From the UHGV virus genome UHGV-0229283: DNA of 64,000 bases, one strand, 5' to 3'. Made by a program: the position numbers and the translations under genes. Shown here piece by piece: positions 45,121-54,354 of the stretch (positions are counted from its first letter, which is position 1; each line of letters begins with the position of its first letter). Origin of the DNA: a virus. A model generated the notes under the pieces. It worked only from the letters and a program-made list of their open reading frames with translations. It searched no databases and was not told where the DNA came from.

Positions 45121-46190
45121 ACCAGTTTACTCCAACACATATCTTGAGCCGTCATGAGAACCCTGGCAAACAGGTCAAGATCCGCCATTTTAGGAAGCTG
45201 TGTCTTTTTGTACAAATCTCCCCGGATATAATGGTCCTTCTCGTCAGCCCATGAGAGCAGTTCGTCAAGAGTCCACTTACCAGCCCGGATATCGAGGAGT
45301 TCCTGAGCATCAGGACGCTTCACGAGGACCTTCCCATCAGAAAGAATCTCTTCTGCCATACGCATCAGCCGTACAAGGTGCATCGCATGTTTCGTGTCAT
45401 AACCAAAATCAACTTCGAGCTGGTGACGAACTTCATTTCGGTTCTGTTTCCATGTCCAATAGTTACGATGCTTCTCTTTGGCCTGCTTGTGTTCCTCTGC
45501 CAAATATTTGACAATAAAGACAGGTTTTCTCCGCTTGTCAGAATCAGAAAGTTGCTGATAGTCAACATGGCGAATTGAACCGTCAGCATTGAACATCCCT
45601 GAGCTACTGAAGTTTTCCATCACCCCATAGATATCGTTCCCATAAGGTACAAGGATACACATATCGTTGAGATTGTTCATTGCTTCCATGAAACGATCAT
45701 GTTTAATTGCCCCGGCAAGGAATTCGTTCTCACTATAGTTGTGAACTAATCGGAAGAATTCCTTTTGCGTAGGCTTTTCTTCAGGTTGCGGATTGCTGAT
45801 CCACTTATCATGACCGCGAATACGCTTAAGCTGTGCCATCGCATAGCCAGAAAAGGAGAACGCTACCTTACTGGTCAGTAGCGCCGGAGCCATTGTGCGA
45901 AGATATTCATAAACTTCAGAGGTTTGCAGAATATCCTTATCATCGACAAACATCAGTTCGATAATGTTGGGGTTCATCTCTGCAAACAATTTCATGAAGT
46001 TTGTCAGCTCATAAATCTTCCCATCCTCTTCATCTTTCAGCGTCTGCTCTTTGATGTTAAAGAACGGAGTGCGAATGAATTTAGGAGGGGCGCAGAACAG
46101 ACCCCGGATATCCACATCACTAGTTGGCAGATTTGTGCCATAAGCCAAACTTCCTGAGTGGCATCGCATCACTTCGAAATTTTCCATCAT
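45117..46190 (-). CDS. Pol-beta-superfamily nucleotidyltransferase (CD-NTase/OAS/archaeal-CCA-like GS...SDxD motif)
   Basis: HSGSLAYGTNLPTSDVDIRGLF is the hG[GS]x9-13[DE]h[DE]h nucleotidyltransferase signature. 357 aa. Confidence 0.6.
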   Translation of the reverse strand: MMENFEVMRCHSGSLAYGTNLPTSDVDIRGLFCAPPKFIRTPFFNIKEQTLKDEEDGKIYELTNFMKLFAEMNPNIIELMFVDDKDILQTSEVYEYLRTMAPALLTSKVAFSFSGYAMAQLKRIRGHDKWISNPQPEEKPTQKEFFRLVHNYSENEFLAGAIKHDRFMEAMNNLNDMCILVPYGNDIYGVMENFSSSGMFNADGSIRHVDYQQLSDSDKRRKPVFIVKYLAEEHKQAKEKHRNYWTWKQNRNEVRHQLEVDFGYDTKHAMHLVRLMRMAEEILSDGKVLVKRPDAQELLDIRAGKWTLDELLSWADEKDHYIRGDLYKKTQLPKMADLDLFARVLMTAQDMCWSKLV

Positions 46191-46196
46191 CTCTCC

Positions 46197-46571
46197 TTAG
46201 GAGGTTACCAGTTTCATCGGGCGTTTCATATCCCAAAAGTTCAGGAGGCCCTGACACAGTTGCTTTGTTGGCAGACCATCTTTATTCATCGGGGCTTCGT
46301 CACGCAGACGGCGGATCTCTTCAAGCAGAAGGATTACCTCATCTGGATAATAACCAGTAGGCTCTTCCGCCTTGATCATACAGATACCAGGTTTCCACTT
46401 AGACAAAGAGTAACGACTCTCGTCTTCTTTCCGGTTAGGGTATGCATCAACCAACACCTTAGCCAGCTTGCCACGGATCTGCTTTACAATGCCGGGTTTT
46501 AGTTCATTGTACCCGAAATAAATATAAACAGAGTCGCCAACCTTGAGAGTATCGCCACGAACATCATTCAT
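46197..46571 (-). CDS. hypothetical protein
   Basis: 124 aa. Confidence 0.5.
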   Translation of the reverse strand: MNDVRGDTLKVGDSVYIYFGYNELKPGIVKQIRGKLAKVLVDAYPNRKEDESRYSLSKWKPGICMIKAEEPTGYYPDEVILLLEEIRRLRDEAPMNKDGLPTKQLCQGLLNFWDMKRPMKLVTS

Positions 46572-46572
46572 G

Positions 46573-47064
46573 CTATTCTCCTTTCAGTCGGAAAGATTTG
46601 ATCATGGTAATCAAGTCTTTCTCCACTTGGGTATAGTTGTGGATAACATTTCCCATCTCATCACGATACTGATTCGCAATTTGTGGACCTGACAGTTGAC
46701 CTGGTCGGTATACGAGATCCGCAACTTCCATGTATTGTGGATTGTACATATACTCTGGTAGTACAACAGCAACTGCCGTCATTGCCCCGTTAAGAGCATC
46801 CTTTTCCTCGCAGAACGAGGCCCACGGGTACGTAGCTGAAACAGGGATCAGCTTTTCACACAGGGATTGAAGGCTTGACTGATAACCGCCATTAAGAACA
46901 ATGATAGTCTTATCTTCATCAGCCCATTCCAATACTAACTTACCTGCCTTTGTCTTGGCAGGGGTGTAGTCACGGAATACCTCAGCGATCGCATGAGCGG
47001 ACTGAATTCCGGCATGGATACCTGCAATATACTGATTTACTACGCAATACATACGTGTCTTCAT
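46573..47064 (-). CDS. putative peptidyl-tRNA hydrolase, Pth2-like
   Basis: RMYCVVNQYIAGIHAGIQSAHA resembles the Pth2 pattern KMVLVVRxDLxMGKGKxAAQCSHA. The assignment is tentative. Confidence 0.4.
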   Translation of the reverse strand: MKTRMYCVVNQYIAGIHAGIQSAHAIAEVFRDYTPAKTKAGKLVLEWADEDKTIIVLNGGYQSSLQSLCEKLIPVSATYPWASFCEEKDALNGAMTAVAVVLPEYMYNPQYMEVADLVYRPGQLSGPQIANQYRDEMGNVIHNYTQVEKDLITMIKSFRLKGE

Positions 47065-47279
47065 TATTTCTTTCTCCTGTACACAACTGTCCTACTATTC
47101 AGATGCTTCCCTACCCAACCACAAATGGCACATAAAATAGCTAACCACCAAAAAACACCACAGACCAGGGAAATTAAAATATCTTCGACCCTCAGTAAAT
47201 CTTGTTCACGAAGGGTGTGGTAAATTACAGCCCCTGCCATGATGATACCGAGAACAATATAAATAATGGCAAAAATCAT
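47064..47279 (-). CDS. small membrane protein (holin-like)
   Basis: 71 aa with two transmembrane segments and a basic C-terminus. Confidence 0.45.
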   Translation of the reverse strand: MIFAIIYIVLGIIMAGAVIYHTLREQDLLRVEDILISLVCGVFWWLAILCAICGWVGKHLNSRTVVYRRKK

Positions 47280-47587
47280 TTCCCTTTCCTTTCCTTCACA
47301 AACTTAACCAGAAGAAACATCCCCAAGCCTATGGCCGCAGTTATGGCAAAGAATATAAATGCGGGAAGAAGCAGAACCCCCAGCCCTATGATTACCGGAA
47401 GGAATAAACCGCACATAACAGCTATAAACGCTGGGATTCCATATTTATCCCATGTGGTGTCGTCCTCTGCACGATAAACGAGACCAACACACAATCCAGC
47501 CAAGACACTTAGAACGACAACCAGCAATTCTGCGTTATTAAAGATAAATCTCCATACAGGGAGTACAACGTCATCAAGATAATTCAT
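47276..47587 (-). CDS. membrane protein
   Basis: The start is moved to MNYLDDVV, which has an AAGGATAG Shine-Dalgarno. Three hydrophobic helices. Confidence 0.45.
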   Translation of the reverse strand: MNYLDDVVLPVWRFIFNNAELLVVVLSVLAGLCVGLVYRAEDDTTWDKYGIPAFIAVMCGLFLPVIIGLGVLLLPAFIFFAITAAIGLGMFLLVKFVKERKGK

Positions 47588-47591
47588 TTTT

Positions 47592-47801
47592 CTATCCTTT
47601 TTTGAAGAACTCTGTGTATTTAAACATAGCACCCTTGTAGCTTGGATGCAAGCGATAATTACAACCTTTTTCGATACACCAGGCTGTGGCCTTGTTACGC
47701 AGGGCTACTAAACCACACCAAGCACAAACTTGCTTCCCTGCATGTTTGTCCAGAAAGAAATGATGTTTCTCGTAGGTGTACTCTTCTTTGTCCTTAGGCA
47801 T
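47592..47801 (-). CDS. zinc-ribbon mini-protein
   Basis: The start is moved to MPKDKEEY, which has a GGAGGAG Shine-Dalgarno. Contains CAWCG...C..KGC. Confidence 0.4.
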   Translation of the reverse strand: MPKDKEEYTYEKHHFFLDKHAGKQVCAWCGLVALRNKATAWCIEKGCNYRLHPSYKGAMFKYTEFFKKG

Positions 47802-48021
47802 TATTCTGCTCCTCCAGCCAATTCCCAAGTTCATTCCTGGTCTGTTTGAAAGACTCAAGTTCAAGCAGTTTTTCATCTTTTTCCGTGAGCCTGTCTGCCA
47901 GGTTGAAAAGTCTTGCTAACGCATGGTTGAGCAGCGTTCTCTCAAACAGAGTCGCCCAAGAAATTCCTTTAAAACTGATTGCGTGATCAGCCCCATACTC
48001 AGTTATATCGAAGATTTCCAC
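47794..48021 (-). CDS. hypothetical protein
   Basis: 75 aa. Confidence 0.4.
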   Translation of the reverse strand: MEIFDITEYGADHAISFKGISWATLFERTLLNHALARLFNLADRLTEKDEKLLELESFKQTRNELGNWLEEQNNA

Positions 48022-48042
48022 CTTCTCTATGCGGAAAGGAAG

Positions 48043-48252
48043 CTATCCATTTTTCCACACAAGAAATTTCCTTTTCCCTTCATTTCTGGTCCTAAAGTTG
48101 TTCGCCTCTTTTTCCAAGAACTTAAGGAATTCCCAAGCCGGGCAATCACATCTCGCCACAAGTCGAGCATACTCTGCCTTCGCGTCTATAGTATTCTTTG
48201 GAGAGCGTCTTATCCACCACAAGTTGAAATCTTCGTGACTTACAAGTTTCAT
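48043..48252 (-). CDS. hypothetical protein
   Basis: 69 aa with an ATGA overlap to cca. Confidence 0.45.
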   Translation of the reverse strand: MKLVSHEDFNLWWIRRSPKNTIDAKAEYARLVARCDCPAWEFLKFLEKEANNFRTRNEGKRKFLVWKNG

Positions 48253-49496
48253 GGTCTCTCCTTAAGAACATTACGGATTGCATCGATACGTGCAACACGG
48301 ATCGCCTCACCGATCTCCTTACCGCTTTTGCCTTTCTCTAGCATTGCGGAAGATACCTCCTTGCTGTCCGTATTTACAACCGCCTCGAAAGCATCAACGA
48401 GAATTTTTCCTTGCGGGTATTCCTTATCTGCGTGCATGGCACCACGACCACGGGCATCGCAGAAACAAGCGTCTGCTAAGGCAAACACCTTGTCCTGTGT
48501 CTTCTGACTAGCCACGTTACCTGCGGCTTCGAAAAGCTTCATCATGGAACGTGGCTTGATTCCTTTATTATTCCCACGGCCCAAAATGCAATGCACACGA
48601 GTATGGTGCTCTGTCACGTACAGTGCAATATCCCTGAATTCGTTAGGAACTCGAATCCGACTGCACAGCGTCCGCACAGGATCAAGACCGGCCTCTTCAT
48701 GACCGAGGAGATTACCGTACTTACGGAAAGTGATCGCCTTTCCAAAGTCATGGCACAGCACCGCAAATTTCACCTGAGGAGGGCAAAAGGTTTTGTCTGC
48801 ATGATGTAGACACATTAATGTATGAATGAAAGCGTCTCCCTCCGGGTGATGTTCTGGTGGCTGCTCTACTCCACGTAGGGCATCCAGTTCTGGAAGTTCA
48901 CCCATAATCGCCATGTGGTAGGCGTAATTATGGAAGTTTTTGGAATTTAAGGCCTTTTCCATTTCTTTCCATTTCCGCTCAGGGCTAATCTCCGCAAGAC
49001 GGTGACGATTATTAAACATAAGTGTGTATGTTTTATGGTCAACAGACCAACTCTCACCCAACTGAGACTTAAGACGGAAAAGACGCAGAATACGCAGCGG
49101 GTCATCCATGAACGCCGACGTAGTATGACGAAGAATCATATTCGACAGGTCATGCATACCATTGAACGGGTCAATGATAAATCCTGTCTCCATGTCTTTA
49201 GCCATCGCATTGATCGTCAGGTCACGACGCGATAAATCCTCTTCCAGAGTTACATCCGGGCTGAAGAAGGTCTCAAAGCCAGTATGGCCCTCACCCGTTT
49301 TGCGCTCAGTACGGGCCAGTGCGTATTCTTCTTTGGTTTCAGGATGCAAGTACACCGGGAAAGCAGCGCCAACCTGGGTGAAACCTTTTTCAATCATCTC
49401 TTCGTGTGTTGCACCCACAACCACGTAATCACGGTCATGAACTGGACGACCCAGCAGACCATCACGAACAGCGCCACCTACCAGATATACTTTCAT
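48249..49496 (-). CDS. cca: CCA-adding tRNA nucleotidyltransferase with HD domain
   Basis: The N-terminus MKVYLVGGAVRDGLLGRPVHDRDYVVVG is nearly identical in pattern to bacterial Cca. 415 aa. Confidence 0.8.
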   Translation of the reverse strand: MKVYLVGGAVRDGLLGRPVHDRDYVVVGATHEEMIEKGFTQVGAAFPVYLHPETKEEYALARTERKTGEGHTGFETFFSPDVTLEEDLSRRDLTINAMAKDMETGFIIDPFNGMHDLSNMILRHTTSAFMDDPLRILRLFRLKSQLGESWSVDHKTYTLMFNNRHRLAEISPERKWKEMEKALNSKNFHNYAYHMAIMGELPELDALRGVEQPPEHHPEGDAFIHTLMCLHHADKTFCPPQVKFAVLCHDFGKAITFRKYGNLLGHEEAGLDPVRTLCSRIRVPNEFRDIALYVTEHHTRVHCILGRGNNKGIKPRSMMKLFEAAGNVASQKTQDKVFALADACFCDARGRGAMHADKEYPQGKILVDAFEAVVNTDSKEVSSAMLEKGKSGKEIGEAIRVARIDAIRNVLKERP

Positions 49497-49505
49497 CTTT
49501 TCTCC

Positions 49506-49772
49506 TTAGAAATTGTCTGTGTTGATGAAGTGTATACCGTTCTTCTTCAACAAGTCAACCTTTAATTTCCGTAAAAGAAGATCGTGGTCTTTTTTAATGG
49601 AAATAAGGGTATTCCTATGACCATCTATCTCATGTGACGGCCTCACATGGAGGACCTTTTCGCAACTGTATGTGCCAGATGCCGTTTTCACATCAAAATT
49701 CTCTTGCAGATCACCCAAAACAACAGTGTAATACGGATACAGGTCATATTTCACAAATGCAGTTACTTTCAT
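49506..49772 (-). CDS. hypothetical protein
   Basis: 88 aa. Confidence 0.45.
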   Translation of the reverse strand: MKVTAFVKYDLYPYYTVVLGDLQENFDVKTASGTYSCEKVLHVRPSHEIDGHRNTLISIKKDHDLLLRKLKVDLLKKNGIHFINTDNF

Positions 49773-49776
49773 AGTC

Positions 49777-50061
49777 TTACCACATCACGTAAGTTTTATA
49801 AATTTGGGGAAGATTGTTTTTATTCATGAAGATATCGTACTCTTCAAGACCATTTTCACCTTCAACGAAAAATGTAAACTGGACACTGTTCCAGTGTTTT
49901 CCATGCTCATTCAGAGTTATGGCTGTGCTGCTACGATCAATAGCAACTTCAAGCACAGAGAGAATTTCTTCCTCATCATGAGTTTTCAAAAACTCTTTTG
50001 CTCGTTTCTCATCATAAGGCCAACCCGCATTCGGGTTAGTAAGCTTTGCGTAAAGATTCAT
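49777..50061 (-). CDS. hypothetical protein
   Basis: 94 aa. Confidence 0.45.
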   Translation of the reverse strand: MNLYAKLTNPNAGWPYDEKRAKEFLKTHDEEEILSVLEVAIDRSSTAITLNEHGKHWNSVQFTFFVEGENGLEEYDIFMNKNNLPQIYKTYVMW

Positions 50062-50366
50062 TCAGTAATCTCCAGCTCTTCTGCGGTATACACATCGTTA
50101 CCTTCGTACATATCATTGCCAATACGGACAGCAAAGGTACGATCAACAATCTGGCCGAATCTTGAAGTTCTTGATCCTCCTCCCGTGGTTAAGTAGACAT
50201 CCCGAAGAGTGCGTGAGGTCACGCACAACGTATCATCGGAATAAACAGCCACCTCTGTACCAGCAGGGATTGCTACGACTGTTGTTACCCTTTGACCAAC
50301 AGTAGACGGTGTTCCCATAGCTTCATTACACAGGTCTTTAATAACGGTATAAGTTTTATTGGTCAT
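50058..50366 (-). CDS. hypothetical protein
   Basis: 102 aa. Confidence 0.5.
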   Translation of the reverse strand: MTNKTYTVIKDLCNEAMGTPSTVGQRVTTVVAIPAGTEVAVYSDDTLCVTSRTLRDVYLTTGGGSRTSRFGQIVDRTFAVRIGNDMYEGNDVYTAEELEITE

Positions 50367-50694
50367 TGTGTCTCCCCCAAGTATTCATATAATAAACCAG
50401 ATCCTTAAGTGAGCGTTTGTCGGATAGTGGATAAATACCATCTGAAGGGACGCCACCAGAAGCTAGCATTTTGTTCAATCGATTATACACGGCCTCAGGA
50501 CGATTGCAACGTTTAATTTTCCATTGCTCCCCATCCGGGCTAAAATCTTTCTCTTCACAAGAAACATGGATCAGGTCGCCCATGTACTCTTTGAATTTGA
50601 TGGTGTGCATAGGACGGTGATAAATGTAGAATTTCATAGCAATCTCCTCTGATACGAGAAGCATAATTGAAGCTGTGTAGGGAGTCAAGCACAA
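50356..50694 (-). CDS. hypothetical protein
   Basis: 112 aa. Confidence 0.5.
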   Translation of the reverse strand: MCLTPYTASIMLLVSEEIAMKFYIYHRPMHTIKFKEYMGDLIHVSCEEKDFSPDGEQWKIKRCNRPEAVYNRLNKMLASGGVPSDGIYPLSDKRSLKDLVYYMNTWGRHNDQ

Positions 50695-50720
50695 AAACTA
50701 AAAAACCCGCCGAAGCGGGT

Positions 50721-51002
50721 TTACCATGTAATATACAATCGTGCTCTAATGCCTTGCATAGAGGGTTCAACTTCTACGACATCAACCTCGAAACCTCCAC
50801 CACGAAGATCAGCAATAATATGAGGCAAATAATCAAGCAGGTGATCCGGCAGATCTATCACCATCCCCATCCCCAAAAGTCCCTTCTTGGCACATTGGTG
50901 AATCCCCTCTACCATGTTGTCGTACAACTGGTTCATCTCGGGGGGGATTGCTGCGTTTGCGATTTCTGCGATCCCCCGCATCTTGCTTGCGGCACTCATC
51001 AT
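50721..51002 (-). CDS. hypothetical protein
   Basis: 93-aa ORF overlapping the low-complexity 3' tail of the HNH ORF. One of the two overlapping frames is probably not translated. Confidence 0.35.
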   Translation of the reverse strand: MMSAASKMRGIAEIANAAIPPEMNQLYDNMVEGIHQCAKKGLLGMGMVIDLPDHLLDYLPHIIADLRGGGFEVDVVEVEPSMQGIRARLYITW

Positions 51003-51531
51003 CTCTCAAGTTCTCCTTGTGCAATTCTTTACGCATAGAAATAGCTTTTGATTTTGCATCCTCAAATTTATCAAACCACCCACCATGATAATCAACCCCC
51101 TCAAGGGTAACCTTGACCTTCCATTTCTTGCGTAACTTATTGAAACTTACACCACGCACACCAGAGGTGTTTCTAGTTGAAGTTTTTGAGTTCTGTGCAT
51201 TTTTTGAATGGTCGCTTTCCCTTAAGTTGCTTGGATGGTTGTCAAGTTTGTTACCGTTCTTATGGTCCAGTATACTTTCGGGCCATCTTCCGTGATGCAG
51301 GAAAAAGACCACAACATGCTCTCTGTAATGGAGACCTTGCAACTGGATTATCCTATACCCAGTCTTCCTGTTTAATGCTCCAGCCACCTTACCAGAAAAC
51401 AAAGTGTTGTGACGGCGCTCTGTTCTGGTTAGATCCCCTTCCAACTTTCTCCAATAAACAGTTGCACCCTCTAATCTGAGGTATCTTTTAATGGCTTCCA
51501 TCTGGCTGTGCCCAGTAGATCGGCTTTTCAA
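50833..51531 (-). CDS. HNH homing endonuclease with AP2 DNA-binding domain
   Basis: HNH motif IDHKNGNKLDNHPSNLRESDHSKN and AP2-like segment SGVRGVSFNKLRKKWKVKV. TTG start in the ORF track, with an alternative ATG at 51501. The C-terminal 60 aa are low complexity. Confidence 0.6.
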   Translation of the reverse strand: MKSRSTGHSQMEAIKRYLRLEGATVYWRKLEGDLTRTERRHNTLFSGKVAGALNRKTGYRIIQLQGLHYREHVVVFFLHHGRWPESILDHKNGNKLDNHPSNLRESDHSKNAQNSKTSTRNTSGVRGVSFNKLRKKWKVKVTLEGVDYHGGWFDKFEDAKSKAISMRKELHKENLRDDECRKQDAGDRRNRKRSNPPRDEPVVRQHGRGDSPMCQEGTFGDGDGDRSAGSPA

Positions 51532-52015
51532 GTCCTAACCTCCCATGTTTGTCCCATATAAAATAACCATACCCAGAACCATCTGTTTTTCCATCGTCGG
51601 TAAAAGAGGGCCTCTTGGACAGAATAATAAGGTGATCTAAAGGGTTTTGTTTCCAAAACTCCCATCTCGCCATACTCTCAAGGAACCCTAACCTCAAAAG
51701 CATAATCACGACATCGGCATCGTCAAGTGCTTTTGTCACAAACTCTTGGGCCAATGAATATGGCGGGTTGGTGATGATGCAATCAACATGATTTGGATAA
51801 TAGGTATTGAGATAATCCACACCTTCACGAATTTCCCCCCAAGCTGAACCGAGAGGCATGTGATTATAGAACCTCCCAGACGCTCTACAAGGTTCCAGGT
51901 ATGTCCATGAGGGGTTAATAGGGATAACATCCAAAAGGGCCTGTACGGCCCATTCAGGGGTTTCATATACGTCATGGTCCCTACGTTCCCTCTTTTTCTT
52001 CAGAGGAGCACTCAT
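51488..52015 (-). CDS. DNA N6-adenine methyltransferase
   Basis: IITNPPY is the NPPY motif IV. Confidence 0.7.
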   Translation of the reverse strand: MSAPLKKKRERRDHDVYETPEWAVQALLDVIPINPSWTYLEPCRASGRFYNHMPLGSAWGEIREGVDYLNTYYPNHVDCIITNPPYSLAQEFVTKALDDADVVIMLLRLGFLESMARWEFWKQNPLDHLIILSKRPSFTDDGKTDGSGYGYFIWDKHGRLGLEKPIYWAQPDGSH

Positions 52016-52941
52016 TACTCGGCATTCCCAAAGGTATCGATGATAACTTCACCTGCTGTCAGGAGAGCTTCGATTAGTGCTTGGCGATCACGAGAGGTAA
52101 TCTCCAGTGCCTTTTCTTCTCCTTGTGCAATAGCCCCAACCTGTGACAGAATGCTTTGCAGCTCATCGATGTTGAAGATATCGAAATCAGAGGCCTTCAG
52201 GTTTCTCACATCCAACGAGAAAGTCTCACCATCGACATGTACCTTCAGGACAACACTGCGGTCAGGATCTCCAGTAACAGTGTCCTCTTTCTGGGTATCT
52301 TTCACACCAACAGGGGTTACGATCGGATTTTTACCGGATTTCATCCTTTCGATATTTTTATCATCCAAAATCACTGCGCGGGTTCGTTTCGTGATCTCAA
52401 CTTCATCCAGCCACACCTGCCCGCCACCTTTGATTGTGTTGATCTCCCCGTCGGTCAATACACCTTTGTAGAAATAATCGATTAAGCGATCGAAGTGTTG
52501 TTTATAGAACAGCACCTGGGTATAAATATTAGCCCCATCACCAAATGCCCCGCCCTGATAGTTATGGAACATAAACTCCGTCATTGGGGCGACAGTTCGC
52601 TCTTTAGAAGCCAGCCATAAGATTGTTCCAGCAGAACACACCTGCCCCTCTGCATGGGTAACTACAGTTGCTTGACTCTCGCGCATCGCACTAACATAAG
52701 CCATTGCGATATCTACACGACCACCGTAAGTGTTGATGATAACACGCACCATATCGTCTGGGTTGGCTTGACGTATTTGTTGCAATTTATTGAAATGATC
52801 TTCCATATAATCCAAATCATGAATATAGATCACATGCTCATGAGAGGGCATTGGATAGCAGAAAGAACCTTCCCCACCAAAACCACCGCCAAAACCAAAG
52901 TAATTCTTTTTGTCGTTATTCTGCATCTTGTGTCTCCCCAT
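52015..52941 (-). CDS. ClpP-family (S14) serine protease-like protein
   Basis: INTYGGRVDIAMAY...GQVCSAGTIL...FHNYQGG is consistent with a ClpP Ser/His active-site arrangement. Confidence 0.65.
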   Translation of the reverse strand: MGRHKMQNNDKKNYFGFGGGFGGEGSFCYPMPSHEHVIYIHDLDYMEDHFNKLQQIRQANPDDMVRVIINTYGGRVDIAMAYVSAMRESQATVVTHAEGQVCSAGTILWLASKERTVAPMTEFMFHNYQGGAFGDGANIYTQVLFYKQHFDRLIDYFYKGVLTDGEINTIKGGGQVWLDEVEITKRTRAVILDDKNIERMKSGKNPIVTPVGVKDTQKEDTVTGDPDRSVVLKVHVDGETFSLDVRNLKASDFDIFNIDELQSILSQVGAIAQGEEKALEITSRDRQALIEALLTAGEVIIDTFGNAE

Positions 52942-53410
52942 TCGCGTCTACAATCAGTTGTCGTAATGTGTATGCATTACGTAACAACCAGTCTATATTG
53001 AACCCTGAATCATCATCCACAAGGACTTGGTCGCTGTACTTAAAGCACAGGAGTACCCTCTTGGCGCGTTCTGAGGCTACTGCCGCTTGATGCAACAGCG
53101 TAAAGTGGTTAAGCTCTTCTTTGGTCAAACTCACGTACTGAGATTTTCCATCTAGGTAAATCAAATGTTCCAACAGGTCACGACGATCCGGGAACATCCA
53201 AGAGGCATCCCGCTCGGCAGCGGAACGACTATAAATCATCCGGGTAAAGAACCCGTCATTCATTCTATAAAGTGATTCAGCCACAATCTTTAGATAGAGA
53301 TTGTAATACTTTGTCACCTCGGACTCGAAAAATTCAGGCTCGACGACTCCACAATTCTTCAGTTCCATCAGTCTCCGATGGGAAAGAATCCCATGAATAC
53401 TAACTGTCAT
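52916..53410 (-). CDS. hypothetical protein
   Basis: 164 aa. Confidence 0.5.
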   Translation of the reverse strand: MTVSIHGILSHRRLMELKNCGVVEPEFFESEVTKYYNLYLKIVAESLYRMNDGFFTRMIYSRSAAERDASWMFPDRRDLLEHLIYLDGKSQYVSLTKEELNHFTLLHQAAVASERAKRVLLCFKYSDQVLVDDDSGFNIDWLLRNAYTLRQLIVDANGETQDAE

Positions 53411-53417
53411 ACTCCTC

Positions 53418-53729
53418 CTATCGAGCTATAAGGTACTTAATACTTCCGTCTTTCTCACGGTGACCGATATCTACCACATAGTACGGTCCGAACTTGTCAA
53501 CGTTCACCTTGTCACCAACGAATAACTCTCTCTTACTTTGGTACTCAATGGATTCCAGGAAGTATCTGAATAAATCAGTATCGTCTGTGTTACAGATGTT
53601 TTTCATCCCGCCATCCTTGTAAGTAATGAAAATCACTTTGTTACCGATTTTACCAACTGACCAGCCCTGCCCATCAACTTTAACGAGACAATAAGAATTA
53701 TTAAGCTTATCGCGAAATCTGGATGCCAC
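53418..53729 (-). CDS. hypothetical protein
   Basis: 103 aa. Confidence 0.5.
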   Translation of the reverse strand: MASRFRDKLNNSYCLVKVDGQGWSVGKIGNKVIFITYKDGGMKNICNTDDTDLFRYFLESIEYQSKRELFVGDKVNVDKFGPYYVVDIGHREKDGSIKYLIAR

Positions 53730-54345
53730 GTTTTTCCTCCAAGGATCTTAAGAACCTCTCCAACAAGGCTAGTTTATCAGGTGTGTTCAGGTTAAGAACC
53801 CGAACTCCGTACTTTCTGGCTAAATTAACTGCGGTTGCAGTACCTCCCTTAGGATTTCCGTTCCTATCTTCTTTGGCATAGTACAAACAAAATGCAGAGG
53901 GACGTGTATCGAGGATATTGGCCCCCAAGACTTGATGCACATTACGAGAATGGAGCGCAAAAGCTCCTCTTTTTCTTTTAAGAGCTTCAAAATTAGGATG
54001 AATCTCCTCAACCAGTGCCTCACGTACAACCTTTTGGTCGGGAATAAGATAATCAAGATAATCTAAAGGATAATCCCAGAGATCCCAGAGATTATCATTG
54101 TCAGATGCAAATCCATCCCAGGGAATATAGATCTCCGCCAAATGTGTACGATACTCTTCTTGCTTCCCATTGTCAAGAGATTCGTAATATTTTTGCATTC
54201 CGACCTGGAATGCTTCATCTGCACCACCTGCTTTTCCACTTCTCAAGGTGAATCCGCACCTTGCAAGGCGGAAACCAGCATCTTCCATGATGCTGATAAC
54301 CTCAGGAGGGGTCTCCCTCGACCCCACACCTGTATAATAAGCCAT
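53707..54345 (-). CDS. DprA/Smf-like Rossmann-fold (SLOG) protein
   Basis: YTGVGSRETP...RSGKAGGADEAF resembles the DprA GSR...SGxAxGxDxxA pattern. Confidence 0.45.
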   Translation of the reverse strand: MAYYTGVGSRETPPEVISIMEDAGFRLARCGFTLRSGKAGGADEAFQVGMQKYYESLDNGKQEEYRTHLAEIYIPWDGFASDNDNLWDLWDYPLDYLDYLIPDQKVVREALVEEIHPNFEALKRKRGAFALHSRNVHQVLGANILDTRPSAFCLYYAKEDRNGNPKGGTATAVNLARKYGVRVLNLNTPDKLALLERFLRSLEEKRGIQISR

Positions 54346-54354
54346 AATCCTCCG

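Noticed and set aside
52015-52941. ClpP-like protein as the prohead (head-maturation) protease
   Set aside because: No portal, scaffold or capsid genes flank it. Its neighbours are a methyltransferase, an HNH endonuclease and DprA-like genes, so the structural role is unsupported in this window.
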